This document shows positions 1 through 10,541 of a DNA stretch of 40,192 bases, piece by piece; within the stretch, counting starts at the first letter, position 1; each line of letters starts with the position of its first letter. The notes under the pieces were generated by a model that was given only the letters and a program-made list of their open reading frames with translations, did no database searches and was not told the origin of the DNA. Made by a program: the position numbers and the translations under genes. This DNA comes from Methanobrevibacter sp. Its GTDB lineage: Archaea; Methanobacteriota; Methanobacteria; Methanobacteriales; Methanobacteriaceae. The stretch is taken from NCBI GenBank assembly GCA_051876995.1, contig JBJEIL010000084.1, positions 1-40,192 on the forward strand, written 5' to 3'.

Positions 1-2
1 AA

Positions 3-2612
3 AAATCTAAAAAGATTCATAAAATTGCAAATAAATTAGGTTTGGATAAATGGGAGTTCTTATTAGAATATGCAAAACCTAAAACCGATGATTCCGATGA
101 TGAGGAATCTGAAGGTGATGGGGAGGAGGTAAGTTCAATCCCTGGAGAGGTAGATCAAAAGCCAATATTTGCTAAATATATTCAGGATATTATTGGTGGA
201 AGACCAGTTTTAAGTTATCCCTCAGAAAAAGGTGGTTTCAGATTAAGATATGGTCGTTCACGTAATACAGGTCTTGCAACTATGGGTGTTCATCCTGCAG
301 TTATGGAAATAATCGAATTTATTGCTGTTGGAACTCAGATGAAAATTGAAAGACCTGGTAAAGGTAATTGTGTAGTTCCTGTAGATTCAATTGAAGGACC
401 AATTGTAAAACTTAAAAATGGAAATGTTCTTCAGATTGACTCAATTAAAGAAGCCCGTAAGGTTAAAAAGGATATTGCAGAAATTCTTTTTTTAGGAGAT
501 ATGTTAATTGCTTTTGGTGAGTTTTTAAGAAATAACCAACCAATGTTACAAGCAGGTTGGTGTCAAGAATGGTGGATAGAACATATTAGAAATTCATCAA
601 AGTATCAATCTGAAGGAGATAATCATGAGTTAGATTTAAAAACTTTAGAATTTGAGAAAATATCTGCTCCTGAAGCATTTAGAATATCTAAAGAATATAA
701 AATACCTTTACATCCAGATTATACTTATTGTTATCATGATATAAGTAAAGAAGAGCTTAATGATTTAATTAATTGGATTTTACCACAAATTAAGGATTAT
801 AAAGATGGTGATGAGATTGTACTTGATAAATCTTATCAAAAACGTATCCTTGAGGTCATAGGAGTTCTTCATACTGTTGATGATGGTAAGATTATATTAG
901 ATTCTGATACCTCTTATGCAATTGTCCATACATTAAAAAGACCTTTCAGTGATGAAGAATTATCCAATCATGATTTGAAAGTAATGGATGTATTAAACAA
1001 TATATCTGAGGTTCCTATAGAATATAAAGCACCAGTTTATATTGGAACTCGTGTAGGTAGGCCTGAAAAATCTAAAGAAAGATTAATGAGACCAGCACCA
1101 CATGTTTTATTCCCTATTGGTACTTATGGTGGTAGCAGAAGGTTAGTTGCTGAAGCTGCTAAAAGAGGTAATATTAGAATAGATATTGCAAGGAGGCAAT
1201 GTACTAATCCTACTTGTGGATTAAGTTCAAATCAAGCTTTATGTCCTTACTGTGGATCTCCTACTGAATTTGGTAAAACAGGAGTAAAAAATATTAATCT
1301 TGGTAGAATGCTTAAAAAAGCATCAGATAATGTGGGGGTAAGAAAAGTCGATGAGATTAAAGGTGTTGTAGGTATGATTTCAGAGAATAAAATTCCTGAA
1401 CCCTTAGAAAAAGGAATTTTAAGAGCTAAGAATGAGGTCTTCACCTTTAAAGATGCAACCATTCGTCATGACTCTACTGATTTGCCTTTAACCCACTTTA
1501 TTCCTAGGGAAGTTGGAGTAAGTGTTGAAAAACTTCTTGAAATGGGTTATACTGAAGATTGTTATGGTCAACCTATTGAAAACGAGGAACAAATCATTGA
1601 GCTTAAAGTTCAAGATGTTGTAATATCTGAGAAATGTGCAGATTATCTTGTAAACGTTTCTCATTATGTTGATGATGAACTTACTAGATTCTATCACATG
1701 GATGCATTTTATAATGTAAAAAAACGCGAGGATTTGATTGGCCATTTAATTGCAGGTCTTGCACCTCATACGTCTGCTGGTGTTTTAGGTCGTATTGTAG
1801 GATTTACGAAGGCTTTAGGTTGTTATGCTCATCCTTATTTCCATTCTTCTAAAAGAAGAAACTGTGATAGTGATGAGGATTCAGTCATGTTATTACTTGA
1901 TCCTTTAATCAATTTCTCAAAATCTTATCTTCCAAGTACTCGTGGAGGAAGTATGGATGCACCTTTAGTTTTATCTACAAGAATAGATCCTGAGGAAATC
2001 GATGATGAATCTCACAACCTGGATATCTTTGAAAGATTCCCTCTGGAATTCTTTGAAAGAACTAAGGAACCTTTGAAACCTGCTGAATTCTTGGATTTAA
2101 TTGACAATGTAAGTATGCACTTAGGAACTCCTGAACAATATAGCGGTTTAATGTTTTCACATCATACCTCAAGTATTCATGCAGGTCCGACATTATGTAT
2201 GTATAAACAATTGCCTTCTATGAAGGAGAAAGTCGAAGGACAAATTGGTCTTGCAGAGATTATACGTGCTGTAGATCAAAGAGGTGTTGTAGAGGGAGTT
2301 TTATCAAGTCATTTCTTACCTGATATTATGGGAAATGTCCGTGCATTTTCTAAACAGAAGGTAAGATGTACTAAATGTAATTCCAAATATAGGCGTATGC
2401 CTTTAACTGGTAAATGTAAATGTGGTGGTAATTTAATTCTAAGTGTATCTAAGGGTTCTGTTACCAAATATTTGGATATTTCACAGCAACTTGTTAACAG
2501 GTATCCGGTATCACACTATCTTGAACAGAGGTTGGAGATTCAGGAGTTTGGTATTCATTCGTTATTTGAAAGTGATAAATCCAAACAGAGTTCTTTGGAT
2601 ATTTTCTTATAA
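3..2612 (+). CDS. polC: DNA polymerase D large subunit DP2 (5'-truncated by window edge)
   Basis: Frame is open from position 3 (KSKKIHKIANKLGLDKW...), so the TTG at 42 is not the real start. Motifs: GGFRLRYGRSR, GTQMKIERPGK, IGTRVGRPEK, FKDATIRHD, catalytic RRNCDSDED, C-terminal Zn cysteines and a PIP-like QSSLDIFL. No intein. Confidence 0.97.
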   Translation, partial: KSKKIHKIANKLGLDKWEFLLEYAKPKTDDSDDEESEGDGEEVSSIPGEVDQKPIFAKYIQDIIGGRPVLSYPSEKGGFRLRYGRSRNTGLATMGVHPAVMEIIEFIAVGTQMKIERPGKGNCVVPVDSIEGPIVKLKNGNVLQIDSIKEARKVKKDIAEILFLGDMLIAFGEFLRNNQPMLQAGWCQEWWIEHIRNSSKYQSEGDNHELDLKTLEFEKISAPEAFRISKEYKIPLHPDYTYCYHDISKEELNDLINWILPQIKDYKDGDEIVLDKSYQKRILEVIGVLHTVDDGKIILDSDTSYAIVHTLKRPFSDEELSNHDLKVMDVLNNISEVPIEYKAPVYIGTRVGRPEKSKERLMRPAPHVLFPIGTYGGSRRLVAEAAKRGNIRIDIARRQCTNPTCGLSSNQALCPYCGSPTEFGKTGVKNINLGRMLKKASDNVGVRKVDEIKGVVGMISENKIPEPLEKGILRAKNEVFTFKDATIRHDSTDLPLTHFIPREVGVSVEKLLEMGYTEDCYGQPIENEEQIIELKVQDVVISEKCADYLVNVSHYVDDELTRFYHMDAFYNVKKREDLIGHLIAGLAPHTSAGVLGRIVGFTKALGCYAHPYFHSSKRRNCDSDEDSVMLLLDPLINFSKSYLPSTRGGSMDAPLVLSTRIDPEEIDDESHNLDIFERFPLEFFERTKEPLKPAEFLDLIDNVSMHLGTPEQYSGLMFSHHTSSIHAGPTLCMYKQLPSMKEKVEGQIGLAEIIRAVDQRGVVEGVLSSHFLPDIMGNVRAFSKQKVRCTKCNSKYRRMPLTGKCKCGGNLILSVSKGSVTKYLDISQQLVNRYPVSHYLEQRLEIQEFGIHSLFESDKSKQSSLDIFL

Positions 2613-2807
2613 TTTTAAGAAATTGATTTATATTGTCATATTGTAAATGTTAGAATTTTCATTGTTTAAATGATTCTATTTCAATTTACATTTTCTTTCA
2701 TGTTTATATTCTTGTAAGACTCTTAAATTAATTTATAATCACTTAGATTATTTTAATTTAGTTTTTGCAGATTATACTACATAATGCATTATTTAAAGAT
2801 ATAAGTT

Positions 2808-2888
2808 TGTTTGTATTAATACGAACATTTTTATACTACTTTGACTAAACTATTAATGCTAAAGTATTATGAAAATTTTATAATACTT
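2808..2888. promoter_or_regulatory. Two palindromes upstream of nrdD (candidate operators)
   Basis: TGTTTGTATT|AATACGAACA (2808-2827, one mismatch) and AAGTATTAT-G-AAAA|TTTT-ATAATACTT (2862-2888, one unpaired G). Both contain GTATTA/TAATAC half-sites. Confidence 0.35.
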
Positions 2889-3012
2889 GGAAATTTTTAT
2901 TAAATATTATAGGTTCAATACGGGATTAAATTTAATAAATCTGTTTTATATTAAGTTATAGGGTTTTTAGGACTTAATAATATTTTATTTTTATTTAAGT
3001 GGAGATATTAAA

Positions 3013-5331
3013 ATGGAAACTAGATCAAATATTGCAGAAAACTTAAAAGATGATGTAAAAGTTTCTGTTAAAAAGAATAATGGGGTAATGGAAAGATTCA
3101 GTTATGAAAAACTATTAAAATCTTTAGTAATGGTAGAAGCTCCATTTTTTGAATCAGATAAGATTATTGCAAATGTTGTCTCATCATTATATGATGGAAT
3201 AACTACAAAAGAGATTAAAAAAATTGTTTATGAATCATTATCTGAAATCGATGAGGAATCAGCTAATAAATACTTAGCTAACACTACTTTAAAAGTAAGA
3301 AGTACAAGAGATAAAATCGAATCATTTGATTTATCTAAAATTGCCAATACCTTAGTTGAGGAAACTGGTGCTTCACAGGAAACTGCATTTGAAATTGCTT
3401 CTGATGTATGGAAAGAACTTAAAAAGTTAAATGTGGAATACTTAACTGCACCTATGATTAGGGAAATTGTTAACACTAAACTTGTAGAATATGGTCTTGA
3501 AGACTTAAGGAAAAATTATACCCGTTTAGGAATCCCTGTATATAATATTACTTCATTAATTGAAAACGGAAACAAAAGTAATGCAAATATGATGCACAAT
3601 CCTGAGACTATCCATAAATATGTTGCAGATGAGGCATTAAAACAATATGCATTATTGCATATGTTGCCATCACACCTAGCTGATGCCCATATGTCTGGGG
3701 ACATTCACATACATGATTTAGAATACTTTGCAGCAAGACCATTAAACTGTTTACAACATGATATTAGACAATTCATCAGATATGGACTTAAAGTAGATGG
3801 AACTGGAGATCACACCTCTGTTGCAGGAGCTCCTGCCCACATGGAAACCTTAATGAATCATACAGGAGAAATCATGTTAGCAGCTCAACAAAACATGTCT
3901 GGAGGACAAGCTATGTCTTTCTGGAATGTATTCGTTGCACCATTTGCAAGAGGCAGATCTTACGATGATATTAAACAATGTGTACAAATGTTAATCTACA
4001 ACTTAAACATGGCTTATGCTGCTAGAGGTTCACAGGTACCATTTACAAGTATGCAATTAGAATTTGGAGTTCCTAAATTCTTAGAAGATGTAACTGCATA
4101 TGGTCCTAGAGGTGAAGTTGTAGGAACCTATGGTGACTTTGAAGAAGAAACTAGATTGATCCAAAGGGCTTTCACTGAAACTTTATATGGTGGAGACAAA
4201 GACGGAAAACCACATCTTTTCCCAAATACAATCTACACATTACGTAAAGAAACATTAAAAGGGGACTATGATGAAGATTTATACAATGTTCATAAACTCT
4301 CAGCTAAATACGGTTCCCCTTACTTTGTAAATATGTTACCTAAATACAGAGGAAACATGGCAAATTATATGGGATGTAGAACCTGTCTTCAAGATACCTG
4401 GACTGGTGACTGGGATAAGGATTGTTTAAGAACCGGTAACCTTGCATATGTTACAATGAACCTACCAAGAATCGGATATCAATCTAAAGATGAATCACAA
4501 GTATTCGAATACTTAGACAATTATATGGATCTTGCAGTTGAAACCTTACTCATTAGAAGGGAACAAGGTCTTCACTGTTTAAATGATTATGATATTCTCC
4601 CATTCTTAACTCAGAAATTTGCAAAAGAAAACTATTACAGAGTTGAAAACTCAACATTGTCCTTTGGTTTTGTAGGATTAAATGAAATGTTAATGGCTTT
4701 ATTTGGTGAAGGAATTGATAATCCTGATGCAAACAAGTTTGGTGTAAAATGTATTAAATACATTTATGATAGGGCTAATGAATTACAAAAAGAAACAGGA
4801 TTAAGATGGTCTGTAATTCAAACCCCTGCAGAATCTACTGCCTACAGATTTGCAACTCTTGATAAAGAACAATTTGGAGATAAGGCAATATTACAAGGAG
4901 ATAATGGAGCTAACTATTACACTAACTCCTCACATGTACCAGTAAACTCCAATATTTCTCTCATTGATAAGATAAAAATCGAGGAACAATACCATCCACT
5001 TACTCCTGGTGGACATATCTTCCATGCATTTATGGGTGAATCTTACTCAGATCCTGAATCATTAATGAGTTTAACTAATAAGATTGCAAGAAAATCAGAT
5101 ATTGGTTTCTGGGCTTACAGTTCTGCTTTAAGTTTCTGTTTAAAATGTAAAACTTTAATGAAAGGATTAAGCAATAAATGTCCTACCTGTGGTGAAACTG
5201 AAGAAGTTGAATGGTATGATAGGATTACTGGATATGTTCAACAAGTAGGTCATGCAAAATCTGCTAATGGTGGATGGAATGCAGGTAAACGTCAAGAACT
5301 TATTGACAGACGCAGATTCCAAAAAAACTAA
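3013..5331 (+). CDS. nrdD: Anaerobic (class III) ribonucleoside-triphosphate reductase with two N-terminal ATP-cone domains
   Basis: Tandem ATP-cones (VKKNNG..E.F...K; VRSTRD..E.FD..KI), H.SGDIHIHDL, MGCR finger loop, TPAEST, YYTNS, CxxC...CxxC Zn site and glycyl-radical RITGY. RBS GGAG upstream. Confidence 0.97.
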   Translation: METRSNIAENLKDDVKVSVKKNNGVMERFSYEKLLKSLVMVEAPFFESDKIIANVVSSLYDGITTKEIKKIVYESLSEIDEESANKYLANTTLKVRSTRDKIESFDLSKIANTLVEETGASQETAFEIASDVWKELKKLNVEYLTAPMIREIVNTKLVEYGLEDLRKNYTRLGIPVYNITSLIENGNKSNANMMHNPETIHKYVADEALKQYALLHMLPSHLADAHMSGDIHIHDLEYFAARPLNCLQHDIRQFIRYGLKVDGTGDHTSVAGAPAHMETLMNHTGEIMLAAQQNMSGGQAMSFWNVFVAPFARGRSYDDIKQCVQMLIYNLNMAYAARGSQVPFTSMQLEFGVPKFLEDVTAYGPRGEVVGTYGDFEEETRLIQRAFTETLYGGDKDGKPHLFPNTIYTLRKETLKGDYDEDLYNVHKLSAKYGSPYFVNMLPKYRGNMANYMGCRTCLQDTWTGDWDKDCLRTGNLAYVTMNLPRIGYQSKDESQVFEYLDNYMDLAVETLLIRREQGLHCLNDYDILPFLTQKFAKENYYRVENSTLSFGFVGLNEMLMALFGEGIDNPDANKFGVKCIKYIYDRANELQKETGLRWSVIQTPAESTAYRFATLDKEQFGDKAILQGDNGANYYTNSSHVPVNSNISLIDKIKIEEQYHPLTPGGHIFHAFMGESYSDPESLMSLTNKIARKSDIGFWAYSSALSFCLKCKTLMKGLSNKCPTCGETEEVEWYDRITGYVQQVGHAKSANGGWNAGKRQELIDRRRFQKN

Positions 5332-5344
5332 ATCTTTAATCTCC

Positions 5345-5405
5345 ACTTTTTATCCTTTTTAACAGATTTTGTTTTTTATCCATCTTTTTTTACTTTTTTT
5401 TATTT
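5345..5405 (+). terminator. Oligo-T terminator region after nrdD
   Basis: Several T5-T9 runs just after the stop codon, typical of archaeal intrinsic termination. Confidence 0.5.
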
Positions 5406-5680
5406 AGATTATGCTTTTCTATATTTCTTAAATTAAATTGGAACACTTATGTTTAATTCCTTTAAATATGGTAATTATTTTTATTTTGTGGTTTTTTATT
5501 TTGTTTAATATTTTTTTTAAAAAAATTCTATTTTATGAATTTTTATTCTATTTTTCTAATCTTTTTATATTATTTAAAATATATTCCTATATAAATAAAT
5601 TTAAATATGGCTAAACTATAAATTATCTTAATTATCATTCAATTTTCATAAATTTTATTACAATTTTTAAATGTGATGTT

Positions 5681-6406
5681 ATGGTTGACGAGGAAAAATA
5701 TAATCAAGAAGTAAATAAGGTCAAGAATCAGGCTAATGAATTAAATCATTTAACTAATGAAGTTATTCCAGTTCTTAAAAAGGAAAACAAAGAGTTAAAA
5801 AAACTTAAAAATGAATTAACTGAGGCATTGGATAATAGTACTAAGAAATATTATGATCAATTAGATATTAATGCAGAGTTAAGTGAAACATTTACTAAAA
5901 ATGGTGCTGAATTGGCTTTAATTAAGGTTAAATATCAGAATCTTGAAAAGGAAAATAAAAAATTAAATGATAAATTATCTGATTATCTTAAAAAGGAATC
6001 TGAAGAAGAAGATGATAAAGCTAAAGTTGATTTTGAAAGATTAAAAGAAGAAAACAAGAAAATATCCAAAGAATTAAAATCAGCTGAAAATAAATTAAAT
6101 GAGCTTTCTGAAAAGGAATTGCCTTCCCTTAAAGATGAAAATCAATCTCTTAAAAACAAACTATCAGAAATTGGAACATATAAAGATGATTTAAAAAACG
6201 AATACTCTGAGAAAATTGTAAGACTTCAAGCTAAGGTGGATGATTTAACTGAAAGGATAGATAAGAAACAAAGGGAAAATGATAAACTTCATACCGAGTT
6301 AAATAATAAGGATAAAGATATTAAAAACCTTAAGAAACTTAATAAAGATTTATCTGAAAGTTTACAAGATGAAAAGGATAAAGGATTTTTCTCAAGACTT
6401 ATTTAA
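5681..6406 (+). CDS. Uncharacterised coiled-coil protein with C-terminal KGFFSRLI amphipathic motif
   Basis: 241 aa, K/E/L/N-rich heptads, repeated LxxEN(K) units, upstream GTGATG RBS-like sequence. Confidence 0.8.
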   Translation: MVDEEKYNQEVNKVKNQANELNHLTNEVIPVLKKENKELKKLKNELTEALDNSTKKYYDQLDINAELSETFTKNGAELALIKVKYQNLEKENKKLNDKLSDYLKKESEEEDDKAKVDFERLKEENKKISKELKSAENKLNELSEKELPSLKDENQSLKNKLSEIGTYKDDLKNEYSEKIVRLQAKVDDLTERIDKKQRENDKLHTELNNKDKDIKNLKKLNKDLSESLQDEKDKGFFSRLI

Positions 6407-6428
6407 TTATTTATTAGATGTGAATTTT

Positions 6429-6902
6429 ATGGATAAGGATTCTTATTTCATGTTTGAAGCTATTAAAGAGGCTGAAAAATCCCTTGATGAAGGCGGAATA
6501 CCTATCGGTGCAGTTTTGGTTTCAAATGATAAAATTGTATCTAAAGGCCATAATCGTATGGTTCAGGAAGATTCACCAATATTGCATGCTGAAATGGATG
6601 CAATTAATAATGCTGGTAGATTAAGCTCTAAAGAATATGAATCATTAACCTTGTATACTACTCTTTCACCATGTCCTATGTGTTCTGGTGCAGTAGTTCT
6701 ATATAATATTCCTCGTGTTGTTATAGGTGATAATATTACTTTAATGGGTGCGGAATCTTTTTTAATAGATAATAATATTGATGTTAAGGTATTAAATTTA
6801 AAAGAAGCTTCAGATGTATTTAACAAATTGTTGGATAAAGATCCAAATCTTTGGAAGAGGGAACTTGATAGGGTTGAAAACTCAACCGATGTAAAAAAAT
6901 AG
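6429..6902 (+). CDS. Zn-dependent cytosine/nucleoside deaminase (Fcy1-like, CDA fold)
   Basis: EGGIPIGAVL, GHN, HAE and YTTLSPCPMC motifs. Start placed at ATG 6429 (MDKDSYFM), which avoids overlap with the upstream gene. Confidence 0.88.
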   Translation: MDKDSYFMFEAIKEAEKSLDEGGIPIGAVLVSNDKIVSKGHNRMVQEDSPILHAEMDAINNAGRLSSKEYESLTLYTTLSPCPMCSGAVVLYNIPRVVIGDNITLMGAESFLIDNNIDVKVLNLKEASDVFNKLLDKDPNLWKRELDRVENSTDVKK

Positions 6903-7117
6903 ATTGGATTATTTTTATTTTTATTAAATGGAATTTTAAGATTTTAATATAAATTAAATTATGATTTTATAAATTAAGTTTTAATATTATATTAATTTAG
7001 ATTTTGAATAATTGTTAAAGTTAAGATTTAGTTTACTGATTAAAATATTCTTAAAATTATTTAAATTAATATAATAATTTTGTCATTGGCTAAATTATTT
7101 TTAATACTTAAACATAT

Positions 7118-8284
7118 TTATTGTTCTTTCCAAGTTTTTAATAGCGTATGCATTGTTTTTTCAACACTTGATGTGTTTATCACATCTTTCTGTGCCTGTT
7201 TATTGATTTTAAATATTTCCTCATTATTTAAATTGGAGATATATCTGATTTTATCTGCTAATGCTTCGGGATTATTTGGGGGAACTATAAAGCCATTCTT
7301 TCCATCATCTATAACTTCTGGAATTGCAGATACATTGGTTGTTAATACAGTAACTCCATAAGCCATGGATTCAAATATTACTGTAGGTATGCCATCTCTA
7401 TCTCCATTTTCAGATATTCTACATGGGGAAACTAAGACATCGGATTTATTGAAAACTTTTTCAACCTCTTTAGGTCCGTCTAGACGTCCTTTGATTTTTA
7501 TGTTCTTAAGATTTAATTCATCAATCTGATTTTGAAGATCTTTTTCTAAAGCCCCTGAACCATATATTTCGAATTCAAAATCTTCCTCTTCTAAAATCTT
7601 TGCAGCATCAATAAATATATCAATTCCTTTCTTTTCTACAAAACGTGATATGGAGATGATTTTTCTTATTTTACCTGTCCTTGGATTTAATTCATTTATC
7701 TTATAGTCAGTAGCTTGTTTGGTTATAACTATTTTATCTTCCGGCACGCCTCTTTTGAGGAGGTAATTTTTATGATATTGGCTTAAAGTGAATATTGCTA
7801 TACAATATTTGGAATTACCAATTTCTTTGACTCTATTGATTTTATCCACATCCCTTTTAAAAATATCTACTGCATGAGCAAAAACAGTAAAAGGAATTTC
7901 TAATTTTTCTGCAACATCTAGAGTGTATTCGGTACATGGGGGATAAACGAAATGGGTATGAATTAAGTCTATTTTGTATTCTTTTAGTAAATTTTCAAGA
8001 TTTTCCATAGGATTATCTTTTTTATCGAATCTTACAACCTCTAAATCAAAATCTAATTCAATAGGTTCCATAGGATCAATATAACAAAAAACAGTTATAT
8101 TATAATTATTTTTAACTAACCATTTAAGTTCATTTAAAACAAATGTTTGAGATAGTGTTGGAAATCCTTTAAGAATATATGCAATGTTTATTTTATGTAG
8201 GTCATCAAAGGATTTGTTCTTTTTAAATGATTTTTTAATTTTTTTAATGATTTTATTTATGGAATTCCCGTTAAGGTTTGTCAT
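7118..8284 (-). CDS. Glycosyltransferase family 4 (GT-B, WcaL-like)
   Basis: FPTLSQTFV.NE, H.HF, F.HA.D, SRFVEKKG and DRDGIPTVIFESMAYG motifs. Confidence 0.9.
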   Translation of the reverse strand: MTNLNGNSINKIIKKIKKSFKKNKSFDDLHKINIAYILKGFPTLSQTFVLNELKWLVKNNYNITVFCYIDPMEPIELDFDLEVVRFDKKDNPMENLENLLKEYKIDLIHTHFVYPPCTEYTLDVAEKLEIPFTVFAHAVDIFKRDVDKINRVKEIGNSKYCIAIFTLSQYHKNYLLKRGVPEDKIVITKQATDYKINELNPRTGKIRKIISISRFVEKKGIDIFIDAAKILEEEDFEFEIYGSGALEKDLQNQIDELNLKNIKIKGRLDGPKEVEKVFNKSDVLVSPCRISENGDRDGIPTVIFESMAYGVTVLTTNVSAIPEVIDDGKNGFIVPPNNPEALADKIRYISNLNNEEIFKINKQAQKDVINTSSVEKTMHTLLKTWKEQ

Positions 8285-8581
8285 TATATCTTCCTAATAT
8301 TAATAATCGATTCTTGACGATATTTTTAAGTTAAATTTAAATTAAATCTATTTTTAAACTTTATAATTTATAAATTTTTTATCATGATTTTGTAATGGGA
8401 TATTCACTTTAAATAATGTTGGAATTTGTTTAATTTTTAAAAGAACAGATGTTTTATTTATTTTTTTATTAAAAAATAATTAAATTTAATTTTAGTATAA
8501 AAAGAGTATTAAATTAAATTATAAGCTATAAATCAGATGTTTTTATAAAATTATTAAAAAAAAAGAAAAGTAAGATTAAGA

Positions 8582-10168
8582 TTATGCTTCTTTTCTTAAT
8601 CTCTTAATAACAAAGTCTTTATCTAAAGATAATAAAAATGAAGCTGCTCTAGGACCTTGTTTTTTACCAAGTACCATTTTATAAATTGCCTGGAATGCTT
8701 TTTGTGGTTTAAGACCATGTGCCTCTAATATTTTATACATCTCGTCATGTAAATCTTCTGATTTTGTAAAGTCATTAGCTTCCATTAAATCAGCAAGATC
8801 TCTTAGGAATGCATCTTGTTCTTCTTGAAGTGGTAAGTTTGGTATTGATTTGTATTGCACATTAAATTTAACGAATCCTGGTGCATAATTGTCCAACCAA
8901 TATTTTACATTATTTACCCTTTCCTCATATTGGGCAAGTTCCCTTTCAGTTAAATCTTCAAATTCTTTGTCCTCGAAACTTTTTGTAAGCTGTGAATTTC
9001 TTTTAAGAATTCCGAAGATTTTCTCTAAATCACATCCGCCTGCAATCTGGATTGCATTTACAAGGAATCTGTAAGGTGGTCTAAATGGTAACGGACTTCC
9101 CTCATGAATTTGAGCAACTCTATATATCTCTTTAAATTTATGTTCCTCTTTATTGGATGGTGCCTCTTCCTCATCATAGAATACCTTTTCAACAGTATCG
9201 AATTGGTCCATCAAATCTAAAAATTTCATTTTTGGTGAGAAATCTTTAGGTTTCATTGGTTTGCTTCTAAATAGATAATAGTTTAAACTTTCGGCAGGTC
9301 CAATCTTTAACCATTCATCTGGTGCAAAGAATACTCCATGGGATTTACTCATAGCCTCGCCATCAAGGGTAATCCATTCATATGGAATTGGATAAGGTGC
9401 ATCATAACCAAAGATCTCTTTTGAGATAACCTTACTCACATCATAGGATCCACCACTTGCTGCATGATCCTTTCCAAATGGTTCGCAGGTAGTATTGAAG
9501 ATTTTCCATCTTGCAGCCCATTCAACTCTCCATGTAAGCTTTCCGTCACCTTTGGTAATATCACTTACACCTTCATGACCACATTCACATCTATAATATA
9601 CTTTATCACCATCATATCCATATGCAGTTGTAGTATTTACCCTACCACATTCCTCACAGATAGGATTATATGGTAACCAATCTTCAGCTAAAGGTACCCT
9701 TCTATATTGGTCGAAGATTTCCCTAATTTCATTGTGTTTTTCAAGGGCCTTTCTTATATAGTCATTATAGACTCCTGATTTATACATTTCATATCCTGAT
9801 TTTATTGTAACATCTATTCCATAATCATCTAAGACATTAAATAATGGTTTTTCGAAATGTTCTACAAAGTTTTTACAACATCCATCAGGGCATGGGATAG
9901 TTGAGTAAGGCATACCTAGGTATTTACTATAGGACTCTGGAAGTGGATATGGTACTTTTCTAAGTGGGTCATGATCATCTGCAATCCATATTACCTCTAC
10001 ATCCTGGTCTAATTTTCTTAATGCTTTACCTACGGCATTTGCAATAAATATATCACATGAATTTCCAATATGTATGGTACCAGATATAGATGTACCACTT
10101 GCAATAGTGTGTTTTTCTACATCCATTTTACTTAAATCATCAGCTATTCTTTCTATCCAATGTTCCAT
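8582..10168 (-). CDS. lysS: Lysine--tRNA ligase, class I
   Basis: SGTIHIGN (HIGH), [25 protein letters not shown] (KMSKS) and QGPR. Start moved to MEHWIERIA at 10168, which has a GGTGATG RBS just upstream. Confidence 0.97.
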   Translation of the reverse strand: MEHWIERIADDLSKMDVEKHTIASGTSISGTIHIGNSCDIFIANAVGKALRKLDQDVEVIWIADDHDPLRKVPYPLPESYSKYLGMPYSTIPCPDGCCKNFVEHFEKPLFNVLDDYGIDVTIKSGYEMYKSGVYNDYIRKALEKHNEIREIFDQYRRVPLAEDWLPYNPICEECGRVNTTTAYGYDGDKVYYRCECGHEGVSDITKGDGKLTWRVEWAARWKIFNTTCEPFGKDHAASGGSYDVSKVISKEIFGYDAPYPIPYEWITLDGEAMSKSHGVFFAPDEWLKIGPAESLNYYLFRSKPMKPKDFSPKMKFLDLMDQFDTVEKVFYDEEEAPSNKEEHKFKEIYRVAQIHEGSPLPFRPPYRFLVNAIQIAGGCDLEKIFGILKRNSQLTKSFEDKEFEDLTERELAQYEERVNNVKYWLDNYAPGFVKFNVQYKSIPNLPLQEEQDAFLRDLADLMEANDFTKSEDLHDEMYKILEAHGLKPQKAFQAIYKMVLGKKQGPRAASFLLSLDKDFVIKRLRKEA

Positions 10169-10541
10169 TTCATCACCATTGTAATTATAATTCGTATTTT
10201 TCATTAAATGAATTCTTGACTTTATTGTAAAATCTATATATGATTTTTAAAAAAAAATTATCAAAACATTTTATATAATTTTAATTAAGCTATAAATAAT
10301 TAATATAGAAGTTTTAAAAATAATTCTTAATTAAAAACGGATAAATAAAATTTTTTTTATAAAAAAAGTTTTATAATAATATTATTATTTAAATTATTAT
10401 ATATATTATTTTTGAAAAATAGGAAATTAAAATAATCTTTTTCGTTTACATTTAAATAATATGAAAACAATATATTATAATGATTGATTAATATTATTTG
10501 ATAATTCAATTTATTTTAATTTTATAAGTTATGGTGATAAA

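Noticed and set aside
6369-6428. N-terminal extension of the deaminase in the ORF track
   Set aside because: It overlaps the upstream gene, and the family-like sequence begins at ATG 6429.
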